DNA of 63,782 nt, filler included, from Octopus bimaculoides (GCF_001194135.2; 7 parts of 7 records of this genome joined end to end with filler, not necessarily neighbours in it); one strand, 5' to 3'. Counted from the whole stretch's first letter, positions 1-13,249 are shown. Numbers and translations are program-made. The notes: a model not told the origin generated them from the letters alone.

Positions 1-217
1 CAGTTCTCTCTGTATCTCTAGATGGGTTTCTTTGTCCTTTGTATAATAAAACATTGATAAAACACTTAAGCATTTCATTGAATGTATGAATTAGTATATT
101 GTGGGCCACAAGTACAACACTGTTGACTATTGTGACATATAATACATACGATATAATGGAATGTTTAGAAACAAAGCAAATAAAATTTGAATAAATGCGT
201 TAGAAACTTTTGCTTAC

Positions 218-270
218 CCACAATATTCAACTCTGAATGTTCCGGTTACGGTTAATAACTCATGCTCCAT
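218..270 (-). CDS. Internal exon continuing the post-Ly6 domain; gene continues left of the window
   Basis: Acceptor CGGCTTTTGCAG, donor GG|GTAAGC, 53 nt, phase 0 to 2. Reads MEHELLTVTGTFRVEYC(G); only the phase-0 frame is open, as the previous exon requires. Confidence 0.65.
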
Positions 271-367
271 CTGCAAAAGCCGGATGTGTATATATATATA
301 TATATATATGCATACATTAAATTCAAGAAACAAATTTGCTTTAGAAGCCTTGAGATATATTGAAAGA

Positions 368-717
368 TACAGATGAGGTAATAATTTAATTCTCAAACGC
401 TGGATAATGCTAATAATATAGCATGAACAGGATGAAATATCCATATTTTGCGGCTAGCTATGAGACTCAAACTCACATCCCTGTGATTACGCGTCAAGGG
501 CTTTACCATTAAGCTAAACTTCCCGAACGACAAATTCTACTGCAAATTTAAGGTATATAAATCTAGCTTTATAAGTCGCGTAACCACAGGGATGTGAGTT
601 CGAGTTTCATGACTGGTCACTGACAATTTTTTCTGCAAAATATCGATAGTTTTTATCCTGTTCATGCTATATCATTAACATCATCATGCGTTCGAGAATA
701 AAATTATTTTCTTATCT

Positions 718-720
<3 letters not shown>
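368..720. mobile_element. MITE/foldback element with long imperfect inverted arms
   Basis: Left arm (tacagatgag...catccctgtgattacgcg, ~368-493) is the reverse complement of ~577-720 (cgcgtaaccacagggatg...cttatctgta); TA at both ends. Confidence 0.7.
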
Positions 721-769
<49 letters not shown>

Positions 770-2129
770 NNNNNNNNNNTAAAATTTGAAGTGTAAATCA
801 TTAAAAAAAACGATAACAAGGAACAAGAGCATATGCGCATGGTATATATTAGCTCGACGCTCGATAAAGTGGGGGAAATAAGGGGGTCTTTAACGTTCCG
901 AACATAGCTCTTTGTCAGAAAGTAAAACAGAAAAGTAGAGACAATGAAAATATTACCAAATGTACGTGTGTAGTTACATATGTACATATGTGTGTGCGCG
1001 TGTCCGCGCGTACGTGTGTGTGTGTGTGTGTGTATGTATATTAATGTGTTTGTGTGTGTGTGTAAACACAAGATTAGTGAATAATGGGATTTTATTTACT
1101 GTCAGAATTGGAAATTATATCACGGAATATATAAATGATGTCGTTCATTTTGTGAACTTCATTTAAACAGAAAATAGTGGACAGAATAGTCTTTTCATTG
1201 ACCAGCAAAAATTCAGTGAGTTAGAAAAATTTCATTATGTAATAGTTTACTATCAGTAAATGGAGTTGATTGTCTAAATTTCATGAAACCCAAACACAAT
1301 TAATTCGCATTCTTAAAACTACGGTCTACTGCACGTTCATGTCTCAGTTAATTTACATGTCTGTATAAAAGTCTATATATACTTACATGCATACAAATTA
1401 TGAACATATGGATTGCATGAGATTGCCGAAGTTTAGTCCACTGCAGGACGAAGGTCTCATCATACTCTCTCTACCAACCCCTGTCTGATGTGGAGGCCGT
1501 TTTTACCTCGAGAGTATACTGGTTTGATGAGCCTAAGCAACCAAACTTGTTCAGCAAAAATTGGCAGTGGAGTACAGTCTGAAATACTCATACAGAGGTG
1601 CAGTAAAAACCCTCAAATTAACACAAGTGTTTAACTGGAACTCATTTTATCAACCTCGAAGGGATGAAAAGCAAAGTGGGCAGCGTAGAATTTGAACTCA
1701 AAACATAAAGAGGGATGAAATACCGCTAAGCATTTTTCCCGGCGTACAAACGATATTTCCAGCTCACCGCAGATTATGTAGGGAATTAAGTAATAAATAC
1801 ATACGCATATAATACTGATCTATATATTTGAATTTAACATGGATTTACATATGTATGTATTTATGTGTTTAAGCTGATCAGGTTAAACTTTAAAATACCT
1901 TTTATCATTTAACAAAATCGATATCACTATCTACTAAAGGCATTGAGCTCACTATTTATTTGACGTTTTCCATTTCTTCTATAAAACATGCACGTGTGCG
2001 TGTGTGTTTGTGCGTGTGTGTGTGTGTGCGTGAGTGTGTGTATGCATGTATGCGTGTGGTCAGTGCATGTGTGTGTTTGTGTTTGTGTGTGTGTGTGGAG
2101 AAATAGAGAAAGGTCAGATATCTACTCAC

Positions 2130-2212
2130 GGCTCTTGATACGCTTTCAGCAGGGATTGTATATTCGTTGAACTCTTTAAAAATCAAACGAAATACGAAGG
2201 AGTTGGTCCAGC
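2130..2212 (-). CDS. Internal exon downstream of the Ly6 domain (start of a Cys-poor domain, possibly SEA-like)
   Basis: Acceptor ATATCAATCCATAG, donor GCC|GTGAGT, 83 nt, phase 1 to 0, bridging the 5852 and 270 exons in frame. Reads (G)WTNSFVFRLIFKEFNEYTIPAESVSRA. Confidence 0.75.
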
Positions 2213-2469
2213 CTATGGATTGATATACAGAATAATCATTGCGTTTGTAAATGAGAAACACGTCATAGTTACACGTAAAACTCACATACGTAAACATAAA
2301 TGCACGTTCATGATCACATATACACTTCAAAATACTATATATATAAATATATGTAAAAACAACAACGCGTGGACGTGGTCCATGCATCCTATTACAGGAC
2401 GCTCAGGGAAGGAAAGTTTAACGTTTCGACAAAGCTATTCTTCAGAAAGAGTTAGCAGAAGAGGAAAGT

Positions 2470-2905
2470 CCAAGAGAAAAGGAAGACTGCCACTTTTCCA
2501 ATACTACCTTTATGTCACTCGTAGAGATAGCATTCCCCGTTACAATGTCCCCCTCTGCGGAACCAATCTATTCTGCCACATTCGAATGCTGCTGCTCCTG
2601 AAGCTGCAGGAATTTATTTGTCGTCAGCTCTTCTATGGGTTCTTCGACGAGATTGTTAATGTTTTCATCGTCAATGTTAATGTTTCCATCGAGGCCCATG
2701 GACTTGCCGAGAGACACTATCTCTTTAACTACATGCGCCTCAGATTCAAACCCCTCGAAGTCTCTTTCGCATTCGCAGTCAGGTCACAGCTTCCATCATG
2801 CAGAATTCAGCGTTCTCCTTGTTACACCCTGCCAGGCCATATCGATAATTTTCAAGCGGTTAACAATGTTGTAGAGCTCCTTCCAAAACTCACGAAGAGT
2901 TAGAT
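2470..2905 (-). mobile_element. Tigger/pogo-family transposase fragment (pseudogenised)
   Basis: Minus strand reads EFWKELYNIVNRLKIIDMAWQGVTRRTLNSA..KL..DCECERDFEGFE..VVKEIVSLGKSMGL...EELT with internal stops, typical of the Tigger C-terminal region. Confidence 0.75.
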
Positions 2906-3111
2906 TTGTATTTTCGGTGACGAAACTGGTTTTTGGTGTACAATTTCTTAATTTTAAAAATCACCTGTTGATTCATGGGCTGCATGGAAGTGGTGTTGGT
3001 GCGTGAAAGGTACAGAACTTTTATTAATTTTAATTCGTCCTGGATATCAGCACCGTGTCTAGGAAGGTGCTCCATTCCAATAGACGAACCGGTTTTACTT
3101 GTACTTGATTA

Positions 3112-3159
<48 letters not shown>

Positions 3160-3849
3160 CGCGTGTAGAACGTTGAAAAGTAACACACGAGTTGATATGT
3201 ATAGGGAAAATAAGACAAGGTAGAAAGTTCTAAAATAATTTTATCATGAAGAACATTTTAGTACCGGTTTCAGTCTTTGCAACTTTATCAAGTTTAGAGT
3301 AAAGCATGGGAAACAATTAAATTGTGGAAAAATTAAATGAATTTAAAAAAAAAAATATTTCCATAGTTTTCAAATACGTGGGACATTTTCCTTCTTTCTG
3401 TCTATCTCTGTCTCTTTTACTTTTNNNNNNNNNNNNNNNNNNNNNNNNNNNNNNNNNNNNNNNNNNNNNNNNNNNNNNNNNNNNNNNNNNNNNNNNNNNN
3501 NNNNNNNNNNNNNNNNNNNNNNNNNNNNNNNNNNNNNNNNNNNNNNNNNNNNNNNNNNNNNNNNNNNNGAAGAAGAAGAAGAAGAAGAAGAAGAAGAAGA
3601 AGAAGAAGAAGAAGAAGAAGGAAGAGGAGGAGAAGGAGGAGGAGGAGGAGGAGGAGGAGAAGAAGAAGAAGAAGAAGAAGAAGAAGAAGAAGAAGAAAAA
3701 GAAGAAGTAGAAGAAGAAGAAGAAGAAGAAGAAGAAGAAGAAGAAGAATACGTGCGTGGTATGACAGTCGTAGTTTGTTGTGGAATCCTCTTAAATTATC
3801 AATTGACCTAAAAGTAACCTGTTGTGTTTATAATAATAGTGATTAGAAT

Positions 3850-4950
3850 TCTCCTGAATAAATCCACAGGCAATGACAGTTCTTAATATATCGTTTTTAC
3901 TGTTTGTGTAGGTATTATTCTAAGGCGTTTGTAGTAGTGTCATTTGGGGTGGACGCATACAAAAGGGGTTTATATTTTGCGATACAATATGACTCTTTGC
4001 TAATGAGCTGACTACAAGTTGCATCGTCCCTGAATTTATAGAAGGAAAAATTCTGAGTTGGGTTGTTCATTAGTGGTGCAAATGTCAATGTGTTCACTGA
4101 ATGCTATTTTTTCTGTATTCCCGAATTTTAATCTGGGATCTGTGTAGGGTATTCATCTGGTGTAGACTATTTTGGGTTTGGCCTATGTATTGTTGTCGAC
4201 ACCCTGAGCAAGTTAATGCATATATTAGGTTTTCCGAAGCAAATGTGATGTTGTTTTTCACTGTAAATCATTGAATCTATTTGAAAGAGAACTCCTCTCC
4301 CTCAATTAGTTTCACGCATATGCCACAGTTAGGTCTCTTGCACTTTTTACTGACGGCTACAGTATGATGTTGAATGTACTTGATCTTGTATTATGAAACA
4401 TTTCATAGATTTTGGTTGTCTTTTGCTGTTTATGATGGTGTGCGCTTGGAGGATAAAATTCATTCTGTGATCCATTCTTAGTTGGTAAATGTTCTGGAGG
4501 ATTGTGTCGAAAGCTTTATTGTTAAGGGAGTTATGTATGGAGATGTATGATAGGGCTTTGGCTGTAAATCCTTCTTTAATTTGGCATGTCTGAGTTCGGG
4601 GATGTTGAGTTGTAGGGCACATTCAAAGCCTATATCAATTCGTGTCCCTGGTGTTTGTATTAGAGACTATAGTACAAATCCTTTTTGCTACGTTGAAGGG
4701 ATATTCACTCTAGAGTGTCTGGGGTGGCATGAGATAAACAGTAGATATTGCTTGGAGTCCGTGGGCTTATAATATATATCTGTTTTTATTTTGATGTTGT
4801 ATTTCTTAATGAGGATGTCGAGGAATGGAAGTTGTTGATGGCTATATTCCATCGTAAATTGAATGTTTATATCAAGTCCATTTATAAGAGCTTCAAATCC
4901 TTTAAATCTTTCTATACTTTCATGCCAAAGAATTATAGGAGTTGTCTCTG
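3850..4950 (-). mobile_element. Penelope-like element fragment (RT C-terminus to GIY-YIG region), degenerate
   Basis: INGLDINIQFTMEYSHQQLPFLDILIK...KTDIYYKPTDSKQYLLFISCHP is the PLE RT signature; frameshifts and stops downstream. Confidence 0.8.
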
Positions 4951-5581
4951 AAGACAAAGAAGCTATTCCCCAAGAGGACATTTAGCCCTTCTAATACGAA
5001 TTCGAATTCGTTTTTGATATATATATATATATAAACAAATAATAAATGAGTATATGCATATATACGTACAGGCATATGCATACCTACGTCCACCTGTATA
5101 TATAGGTGCATATCTGGGTACAAGACATTGCAAACAAAACGTAGACAAAAAAATAATAATAACCAGAGTACAGAAAACACACAAGCCACATAGAGAACAT
5201 TTTCTTTCATCAGCTACCCCCGTTTTAACACCGGCGTTTCGAAGAGTTGGGCAGGACGCATCGTTAAAACGGCTCTTCCCATGGACCACAAATTAAATTT
5301 GTATACACAAATTNNNNNNNNNNNNNNNNNNNNNNNNNNNNNNNNNNNNNNNNNNNNNNNNNNNNNNNNNNNNNNNNNNNNNNNNNNNNNNNNNNNNNNN
5401 NNNNNNNNNNNNNNNNNNNNNNNNNNNNNNNNNNNNNNNNNNNNNNNNNNNNNNNNNNNNNNNNNNNNNNNNNNNNNNNNNNNNNNNNNAGAGGCAGAAA
5501 CAAAGGGAGGAAGTAGAAGAATAAGTGAGCAATGAGAGAAAGAGAGGAAGAGAGGAATATAGTAGTAACAGAAGGAAGTAC

Positions 5582-5640
<59 letters not shown>

Positions 5641-5851
5641 AATGTATATATATATATATATACATTCAGATACGTATGTGTGTGTGTGCACGCCAGCATG
5701 TGCATACACACACACATATATATACACACATGCACACACGTATACACACATCAAACTATTTCCCTTATATTAACTATTATACAATGTTCTTATTAATTAT
5801 CAATTTGTAATAAATCTGATGGTGTTATATTAGACAATGAATAACACTTAC

Positions 5852-6035
5852 CTATGAAATCATTCTTGTTACATAAGTGTCCGACGCAACAACCAACACA
5901 AAACCTGCTTTTGGTCCATTTATTGCATGTAAGGGTATTGTTTCTCATAGCTTCAACACATTTTCTGTATGTGCTGCAAGACTTTTCAGTCTTCAGTTTA
6001 ACACCGTTCGTTGATAATGCCAATCGGCATACTGG
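5852..6035 (-). CDS. Internal exon: C-terminal half of Ly6/uPAR domain
   Basis: Acceptor TATTATTACAG, donor G|GTAAGT, 184 nt, phase 0 to 1. Reads PVCRLALSTNGVKLKTEKSCSTYRKCVEAMRNNTLTCNKWTKSRFCVGCCVGHLCNKNDFI, ending in the diagnostic CC-x4-CN motif. Confidence 0.9.
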
Positions 6036-8027
6036 CTGTAATAATAGATATCAAAATTATACACTACAACCAAAATATTTATTAGTACGATTATTGCTAA
6101 TTACAACAACAAAAACAACAGAAACAGCAACACTAGGGATGTTTACCTTGCAAGAAAGTTTAATCATTGCTTTAAAATATCCAAAAGCAATAAATGAAAC
6201 CGAAAACGACTTGGCGAATTGTTGAAAGTTAACAGCAGAGGTAAACTTTTGAAAAGTTTATTGCTATTTATCATTAAAAAATAATGTTTTGAATGCTTAG
6301 TATCCAAAGCCCTCTGATCAAATGTAGATATGGCCATCGGATACGGTCTATATGCAAACTACATCGCACTGTTACTCGTCGCCAAACTTAAAATAGGTCA
6401 AATTAGCCCAATAAAAATGTATAAATTCGCCAATTTTTTTTCTTACTGGAGGAATGCACAAGAGGAATTATTCATATAAAATTTACGAAAGATCACGCGT
6501 GTAAAACTCACCAACAACAGAAACTAATATGCCCCTACCCAAAGATGATAATGAAATAAAATTGTCAGATTGAACTCCTCAGTCCAAGCAAATAAAACAG
6601 AAAATACATAAAATGAACACAAGAGAAACTTCGTTTTATTTTGCATGTATAACGTATATGAAAATACGATATACTAGTATAAAAATTGGAGAGATAATAG
6701 CCAAGATCTAACTGTATCATCGGACCCCCAACAGAGTTGTTAACTTAATAAGGGACATTCTGAAAACGAAAAATATCAGAAGTGGAGAAGAATATTTAAA
6801 GAAAAGAATCCATCACCAAAACGCAATTGATAATCGCAAACACCTAACAACAATAAAAACAATGAAAATGTAGATATTGAAGTTAGAAATAAGATGTGTT
6901 GTGCCTTAATTTGAAATTGAAACTCGTTTCGTTCAATCTCCAAAAATTTTTAGAAAGAAAATTGGATTTCTCAAACTGAGTGAGGATGTCATGAAAAAAT
7001 AACCAATGATAGTGTCGGTAGACTGGCGTCTTAAAAAAAGGCAATGGAGTCGGTGATTGCAAATGAATGAATCTTTAAATAAGCTAACTCAGCTTCAAGA
7101 AAACAGAAAGAATTGAAAGCAGGACAGACAATAAAACAGACAACAGAATGCAGCCATGCTCTTATGTCACGCTCTATTCTCCTATATTCTCGTATATCAG
7201 ATTATGTGAAGCATTGATCTGTGTTATTACCGGTGTCTTTGTTTCTCTTGTGTTTCTTTAACCAATGTACAACTGTGTATTCAGAGATATGCCTGACAAT
7301 TTTAATTTGCGTTTTAGCTGCGTTTAATCGTATAGCTTTCACCTTTTCCAGTTGAAATAATATTACCCCCATCCATTATGTTCTGGAGAACTTATACTTT
7401 TTGATGTGAGGGAAGATTTAATCCGTTTCGAACATTTCATAACCTTGTCTATCAAACAACCTCTTTTGCTATGGCCACCATACGAAGGAAAACTGTCATT
7501 TGCTTCTTAACTTATTCATTAATCAGCTCCCTGTAATCTCTGCGAGCTGGTAGAGCAACGACCGACTTCCAGTTACCCCCTCTAAGACTAGTGACTCGAG
7601 GTCATTCTGCAAAGAACTTTGATTCCAAGATGACTCCTGGCCACAATCATTCATACATCCTACTCTAATGACAGCCATGTTTGTCGGAGAAAGGTCACTC
7701 TAAGTTCGTGTGTTCGTTTCTTGAATAGGGATTCCTGGACAGGGTAGAACGCTGTGTCCTTGAACAAGGCACTTCATTTCCCTTTGTTCCAGTCCAATCA
7801 AGTGAAATGTGTCCCAGCCTAGTGATGTTCATCTATTCCCCTCTTCAATCGTCACATCCTTGTTGTCCCATTGAGTCGTGAATAAGAAGACCGATAGGGT
7901 CTGTATGTCTACGCAGGCACATAAAAATAAACTAGCGAAAGCATAGTACAATGTGGTCTTAATGGTTTTCGAGTGACGGCTGTCGATATATTTTAACGGA
8001 AAGGAAGAAAGTAATATTCCAGTTTAC

Positions 8028-8119
8028 CTCTGATCCTGGACAGCTTTCCACTTCTGAATCATTGCACATCATTCCTGAACATGTTTGACACTGTAAATTC
8101 CTTTGAAATAACGAGTAAT
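8028..8119 (-). CDS. Internal exon: N-terminal half of Ly6/uPAR (three-finger) domain
   Basis: Acceptor CTTGTATTCTGTAG, donor GAG|GTAAAC, 92 nt, phase 1 to 0, matching both neighbours. Reads (N)YSLFQRNLQCQTCSGMMCNDSEVESCPGSE, with the L-x-C-x-x-C LU-domain start. Confidence 0.85.
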
Positions 8120-8339
8120 CTACAGAATACAAGTAAATATCTGTATTTATAAAACAAATAATGCAATGCATAGCAATAACAGGAAATATTGTCTTTCTGA
8201 TGTAAAAGAATTAATACGTGTTTGCAATGGAATCAATACATGTTAGACATATAAACCAAATTATTAACAAAGACTATAAAACTATTTTTATGTTCATTTG
8301 GAAATGTTTCAATTGTCACAAATTCAACTGAGAGAAGCA

Positions 8340-9050
8340 TGAAAGCTACTTCGCCTTTTAGTATTCTGATGTACTTGACAGTATTTTCTGGGTTTTCACA
8401 TAAATAGCTCGGATCTCATCAGGCGTCCAATAAAACAGCCCAAATGTTAGTATGAGTACTTGCTCAGAAAACACGTTGTGGGCCAATGTTTCATTGAATG
8501 CATAGATTTCTGAGGTCCAAATTTTATTTATTGAGCTGTAATGTTCTTTGTTTATACTGTAATGACACCTGTAACTTAATGGCACCTGTAACACAATGGC
8601 ACCTGTAAAAAAACACTTGTTTTGTTACAGGTGCTGTTGTGAGATATATTTTCATCCACTCCTAGATATCTGTAACATTCCTCTTCAGATATAGGGGAAA
8701 CAGTCATTGATGGTGATGTTGCTAGTCTGGTTTACAGTTTTACCCCTTTTCACAACCATATAACATTTATCCTGAACAATCTCCAAACCTACATTTTTTG
8801 AGAATGTTGTAACTTGGTCGGGGCTCTTTTTCATCTCATCCATATTCTTTGCATAAAGTTTTAAGTTATCCACACAGAAACAGTGTTCAATTTTGGTATT
8901 TCTGTTTCCTTGTGAACCAATGAGATATCCCTAACATGAATGACATGGGGTTTACAGAAAGTATAAACAATATCACAACGAGGTTGTCCCCTTGGAATAT
9001 GCCTTTGCGATATTGTATTCTGTCAGTGATAATAGTTACTCTTTGTGTTT
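8340..9050 (-). mobile_element. R4/NeSL-like (RLE-type) LINE fragment
   Basis: KLYAKNMDEMKKSPDQVTTFSKNVGLEIVQDKCY...YRYLGVDENI, then INKIWTSEIYAFNETLAHNVF...TFGLFYW: RT and thumb region with stops. Confidence 0.75.
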
Positions 9051-10265
9051 AATTTCATGATGGTGGCCCACAATGAAATCAGGTCAGCTATGGCTTTGAT
9101 TATGCTCACTAGAAATTAAGTAACTTGAAGGGCTTCTAGCATCCATGAGTATGTATGTGTGTATGGATGTAAGTATGTATGTACGTATGTATGTACGTAT
9201 GTATGCATGTATGTATGTATGTATGTATGTCCGTATGTGAAAATGTGTGAATGAATGTGTCCGCGTGTGTACATACATATACATACTGACACGTATATTT
9301 TCTTGAGTGATGTGCTTAATCGAACCCCATTTTACTTCTGTCATTTGGAACCTTCGCTGTTTATGCCGGAGTCTTCTCTGTTGTAAACAATCAAGGCATG
9401 TCTTTGATTTCAGGATATCTTCCTACTTTCCTCCAACCAATCACAGCAGCCTTTGGAATGATCATGAGCATTGACCGTCTTCCTGGTTAAGCGCTAAAAA
9501 TATACTTTACCTCTCTACTTCGTTTGCTTCCTCTCTCCTCCGTAGCATCACTCTTACCGACCCACATCCACACATTAATTGTCCCTACGCCAACATTTAC
9601 ACTTTATGCAAACTTCACACGCTAGACCACAGTTTCTACCTACATATCTCATTTTGGTAGCACAGTTACTCTCTTCACACTTTATTACACACTCACACAC
9701 ACAACTTTGTCCCTGCTTTGCTTTGTATCTATAAATCACTCACTTCTCTCTCCTCCTCCTCCATTTACCAATCACTACTGCTTGGCTGCTACTAACTGAA
9801 ACAGTTTACCTCCCATATACGCACACATACCGCAACCTTCTTCTCTCTCTTTCCATTCATGTTCACTCTTCTTCGAATAAAACCACTTTTGCTCTTCTCT
9901 CCTTCTTTCGGCAGCCATTTTCTGTCTCTCACTTAACACATGTGTACAAACCCTTTGCTTGTACCGTCTACATTATTTGACCTTCATGAAGTGTGCCATC
10001 ATCTTCAGACATTTTACGTTACTGAATTGCCTGCATTTTGCCGTTTTTATCTTGTCTTGGTATTTGATCTTCTGAAGCAACTTTTCTCTCGTATTCGAGT
10101 TTTATCCTATAGATTCTGCTGCAACTGTCCATGTCACATCTTGCTGCCTTTACAGTGTTCACAGAGCATTGAACAGCAGTGAAGGCGTCTGAATTTTGGT
10201 AACCGTCATGAATTATGATGAATACAGGTAACTCTTTTCCAATATTTAGATGGCTTTCAATGCAG

Positions 10266-10465
10266 CAAGCTGGCAGAAACGTTAGCACGCCGGGCGCAAT
10301 GCCTAGCAGTATTTCGTCTGTCTTTACGTTCTGAGTTCAAATTCCGCCGAGGTCGTCTTTGCTTTTCATCCTTTCGGGATATCAGTTGCGTACTGAGGTC
10401 GATATAACTGACTGGCCCCCTCCCCAAACATTTCGGGCCTTGTGCCTAGAGTAGAAAAGAATATT
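10266..10465 (+). mobile_element. tRNA-derived SINE, family B (gagctggcagaaacgttagcacgccgggc...)
   Basis: Repeats across the window: ~1612-1770(-), 14168-14405(+), 16676-16848(-), 22093-22320(+), 40709-40905(+), 47674-47975(+), 50428-50640(+) and fragments. B-box-like GAGTTCAAATTCC. Confidence 0.8.
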
Positions 10466-11715
10466 TACATGGCTTCCAATCCGCCATATCAGCTTTTTCT
10501 CAGCTACAAATTTATATTTATACTCTCCAATACCTTTCACTGTTTACCAATGCACTAAGTTTTCCTTAATATAATGGGACATAAAATCGTTATATTTAAT
10601 ACCGACACTCTTTATATATCCATCCTTCTACCATCTTCAACGCTCATTATTCCTGGGATGGTCATGAGGACATCTGGTGCCTCGGGTACCTCCTGCATAG
10701 GGTCCTATCAGAAGCAACTGCCAGTACACTTATTGATTGAATGCTCAAGCATGACCAACGGAGGCTATGAATATTTTATAGCCATCCCTTTCTGGTCTAC
10801 CCCTTCATTCCCTGATGTTTTGCATCATTTTAAAGAATCGATCTTGCGATTTTCTCATGTGACATCCTAATCGCATGTCCGTATTACCGGAAGTGTAATG
10901 GCACAATAAGGAAAAGTACCGACTCGATCTGGAGAGACTCCGTCATCTCCAATGTACACACTGTGTCGCGTAAAATTACTCCAGTTTTTTTGGAGGAGTC
11001 CCTTTTCGGCCGCTTCTATTTGCGATCAGACTCTTTCAGTCGTTAGCTAACATTCATGACCATAGGTGATGATGGGCACGAAAACCAAACTGAAGATTGT
11101 GTGTTTGGCTGAGGATCGAATGCTGGAACATTTTTTGTATCTCGGGAGGGTCATTAAGCCAATAATATACACACGTACTGGTTCTAGTTCACTTTATTAT
11201 TCGTCACTTTGTTAACAATTTGTTAACGAATTAACTAAATGAATGTTTGATTATCCGTTTGGTAAACCTATCAACCAGTTATGGTTGTTAGCGACTTTTT
11301 GTTGTCATTCGTAACCGCTTCAATGACTCATTTGTTTTTGTTCTATGCTTATGTAGTTCTGAGTGAGAATGTACGTGAAAGAGAGGGTTAGAGAGTATGT
11401 CTGTGAGCATATGTGTGAGTACATGGAAGTGTACATTCATCCATGTGTACGCTGTTGTGAATACTTGCATATGTATGTTTGTGTGTGTGTGCACGTGTGT
11501 GTGTGCCGTTGATGGTGTGTGTGATACAGTTGAATGTATAAGTTCATTAGAGAGAAGATGTGAATGTAAAGCGTGCGAATGCTAAAACGTTTATTTCGCA
11601 TATCTTTATCTATAGTTTCCGTTTCATAAGACATTATATTGTAAGCTTCAGAGAAGAACCCGTATTTTCTTAGTGTTAATAATAAAAGAAAAGAAGAAAC
11701 GAGAATTTTACTAAC

Positions 11716-11873
11716 TTTGACATTGCGTATAATTCAGTATAGGTATTTGTTCCTCTGAACTTTCCAGACACGTGCCATAGACATTCACAGTTCTGTTATA
11801 GACTTTTTTAACATGATTTACGAAGGCTGGCAAGTGACATCCACACCGCATAAGGTTATTATGTCGGAGATAG
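11716..11873 (-). CDS. Internal exon of LRR-Ly6/uPAR extracellular protein: end of last LRR plus LRR C-terminal cap
   Basis: Acceptor TCTTTATTGTTACAG, donor A|GTTAGT, 158 nt, phase 2 to 1. Reads (x)YLRHNNLMRCGCHLPAFVNHVKKVYNRTVNVYGTCLESSEEQIPILNYTQCQ: LxLxxN motif, then the four-Cys cap pattern CxC-x22-C-x15-C. Confidence 0.85.
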
Positions 11874-12480
11874 CTGTAACAATAAAGAGAACTCTGAATG
11901 CGTTTCAGATCAACAGAGAAATTCCTATGTGATTTGACAAGAAACAAAGATTATGAATTTTGAGCAGGTATATAAACGTTATGAAATTCATTTTTCTAAG
12001 TGTTGTTAATAACATCAATAATGTGAAATGCTTTCTAGTAGAAAGTGGGAGCATTAAGGTTCTATTCTCTTTTAGCTTACATATTGAATAATAAAGTACC
12101 TTTAAATAAGATTACTAGCCACTTGAAACGGTTCTATTTTACCGTAGTTTAGGGACACTGTAGAGTCGGGAATTTGGTGGTAGGGATCTTGCGCTTCTGT
12201 ATCTGAGAAAACTCATTCAGATCGGTGGTTTTGGCGCTAAGAAGGTCGAGTTTATTCTATGTAGCAATTGGTTTTAAAGCTAGAGACGTACCAGCGCAGA
12301 AACTGACAGATTACAGTGTTGTACATTTTATAGCTTCAGTGGCACAGACATGTATAGTAATATTCCTAATTAAGAAGGGGAAAATTAATATTCATTTTTG
12401 ATATATCAATTTGAATATTTTCAGTGTTTTTCAAAAAAGAGCAACAGCAAAACCTCATCAACAACAACAACAACAACATC

Positions 12481-12555
<75 letters not shown>

Positions 12556-12559
12556 AAGA

Positions 12560-12659
12560 NNNNNNNNNNNNNNNNNNNNNNNNNNNNNNNNNNNNNNNNN
12601 NNNTTAATTAATTAANNNNNNNNNNNNNNNNNNNNNNNNNNNNNNNNNNNNNNNNNNNN
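12560..12659. other. Artificial assembly spacer (44 N + TTAATTAATTAA + 44 N); core also at 19760, 40040, 51884, 58939, 62171
   Basis: Identical 100-nt structure six times; the 12-mer gives stops in all six frames. Confidence 0.95.
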
Positions 12660-13163
12660 AAAACAACTGCCACGTGATTTTTTAAGTATAAAAAACCTCG
12701 ATTCAATAATGCCGTTTACAAAGTCTATGCTTGGAATGACCAATTTTAAATACTACTGGAACTTAATCACAAGGCACAGGAATCTTATATGTGTACCATT
12801 CTGCCTAAATAATGGAACTGCAGATACAATATCTCTGCATATCTCACTTCTATTTTCATTCCTCCACCTCACTCTCTATTTCATATCTTATCTAGAATAA
12901 CTATTGCTTAACCATCCTCTCACACCGTCTCCGATGGAAGGATATATAAAATATCCCGGAAACAGCTGTAATACCTTCTATTTATAAATGTTCTGAAATC
13001 TTTCACACGCGCGCGCATACACACACATGCACGCATACACACACATGGACGCATACACACACGCACACACACATTCAACACACATCCACACACACATAAG
13101 CATACATAAATGACTACATATACAAACACATATATTTACAAAAATACATATACATTGTCTACC

Positions 13164-13206
<43 letters not shown>

Positions 13207-13249
13207 TGGCTCTAGGCCCATAAAATAAGTTATCATTTAATCTTTTCAG

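Noticed and set aside
5215-5290. Minus-strand gaagag/ctcttc stem + GAAAC and a 9-10 bp ccgttttaac/gttaaaacgg pairing, hammerhead-like
   Set aside because: No recognisable CUGANGA core in the right place; possibly a decayed PLE tail but not supportable.
12082-12134. Minus-strand segment NRFKWLVILFKGTLLFN-I that would splice in phase to the LRR cap exon
   Set aside because: The donor is good, but the required acceptor has no pyrimidine tract and the frame is closed just upstream.
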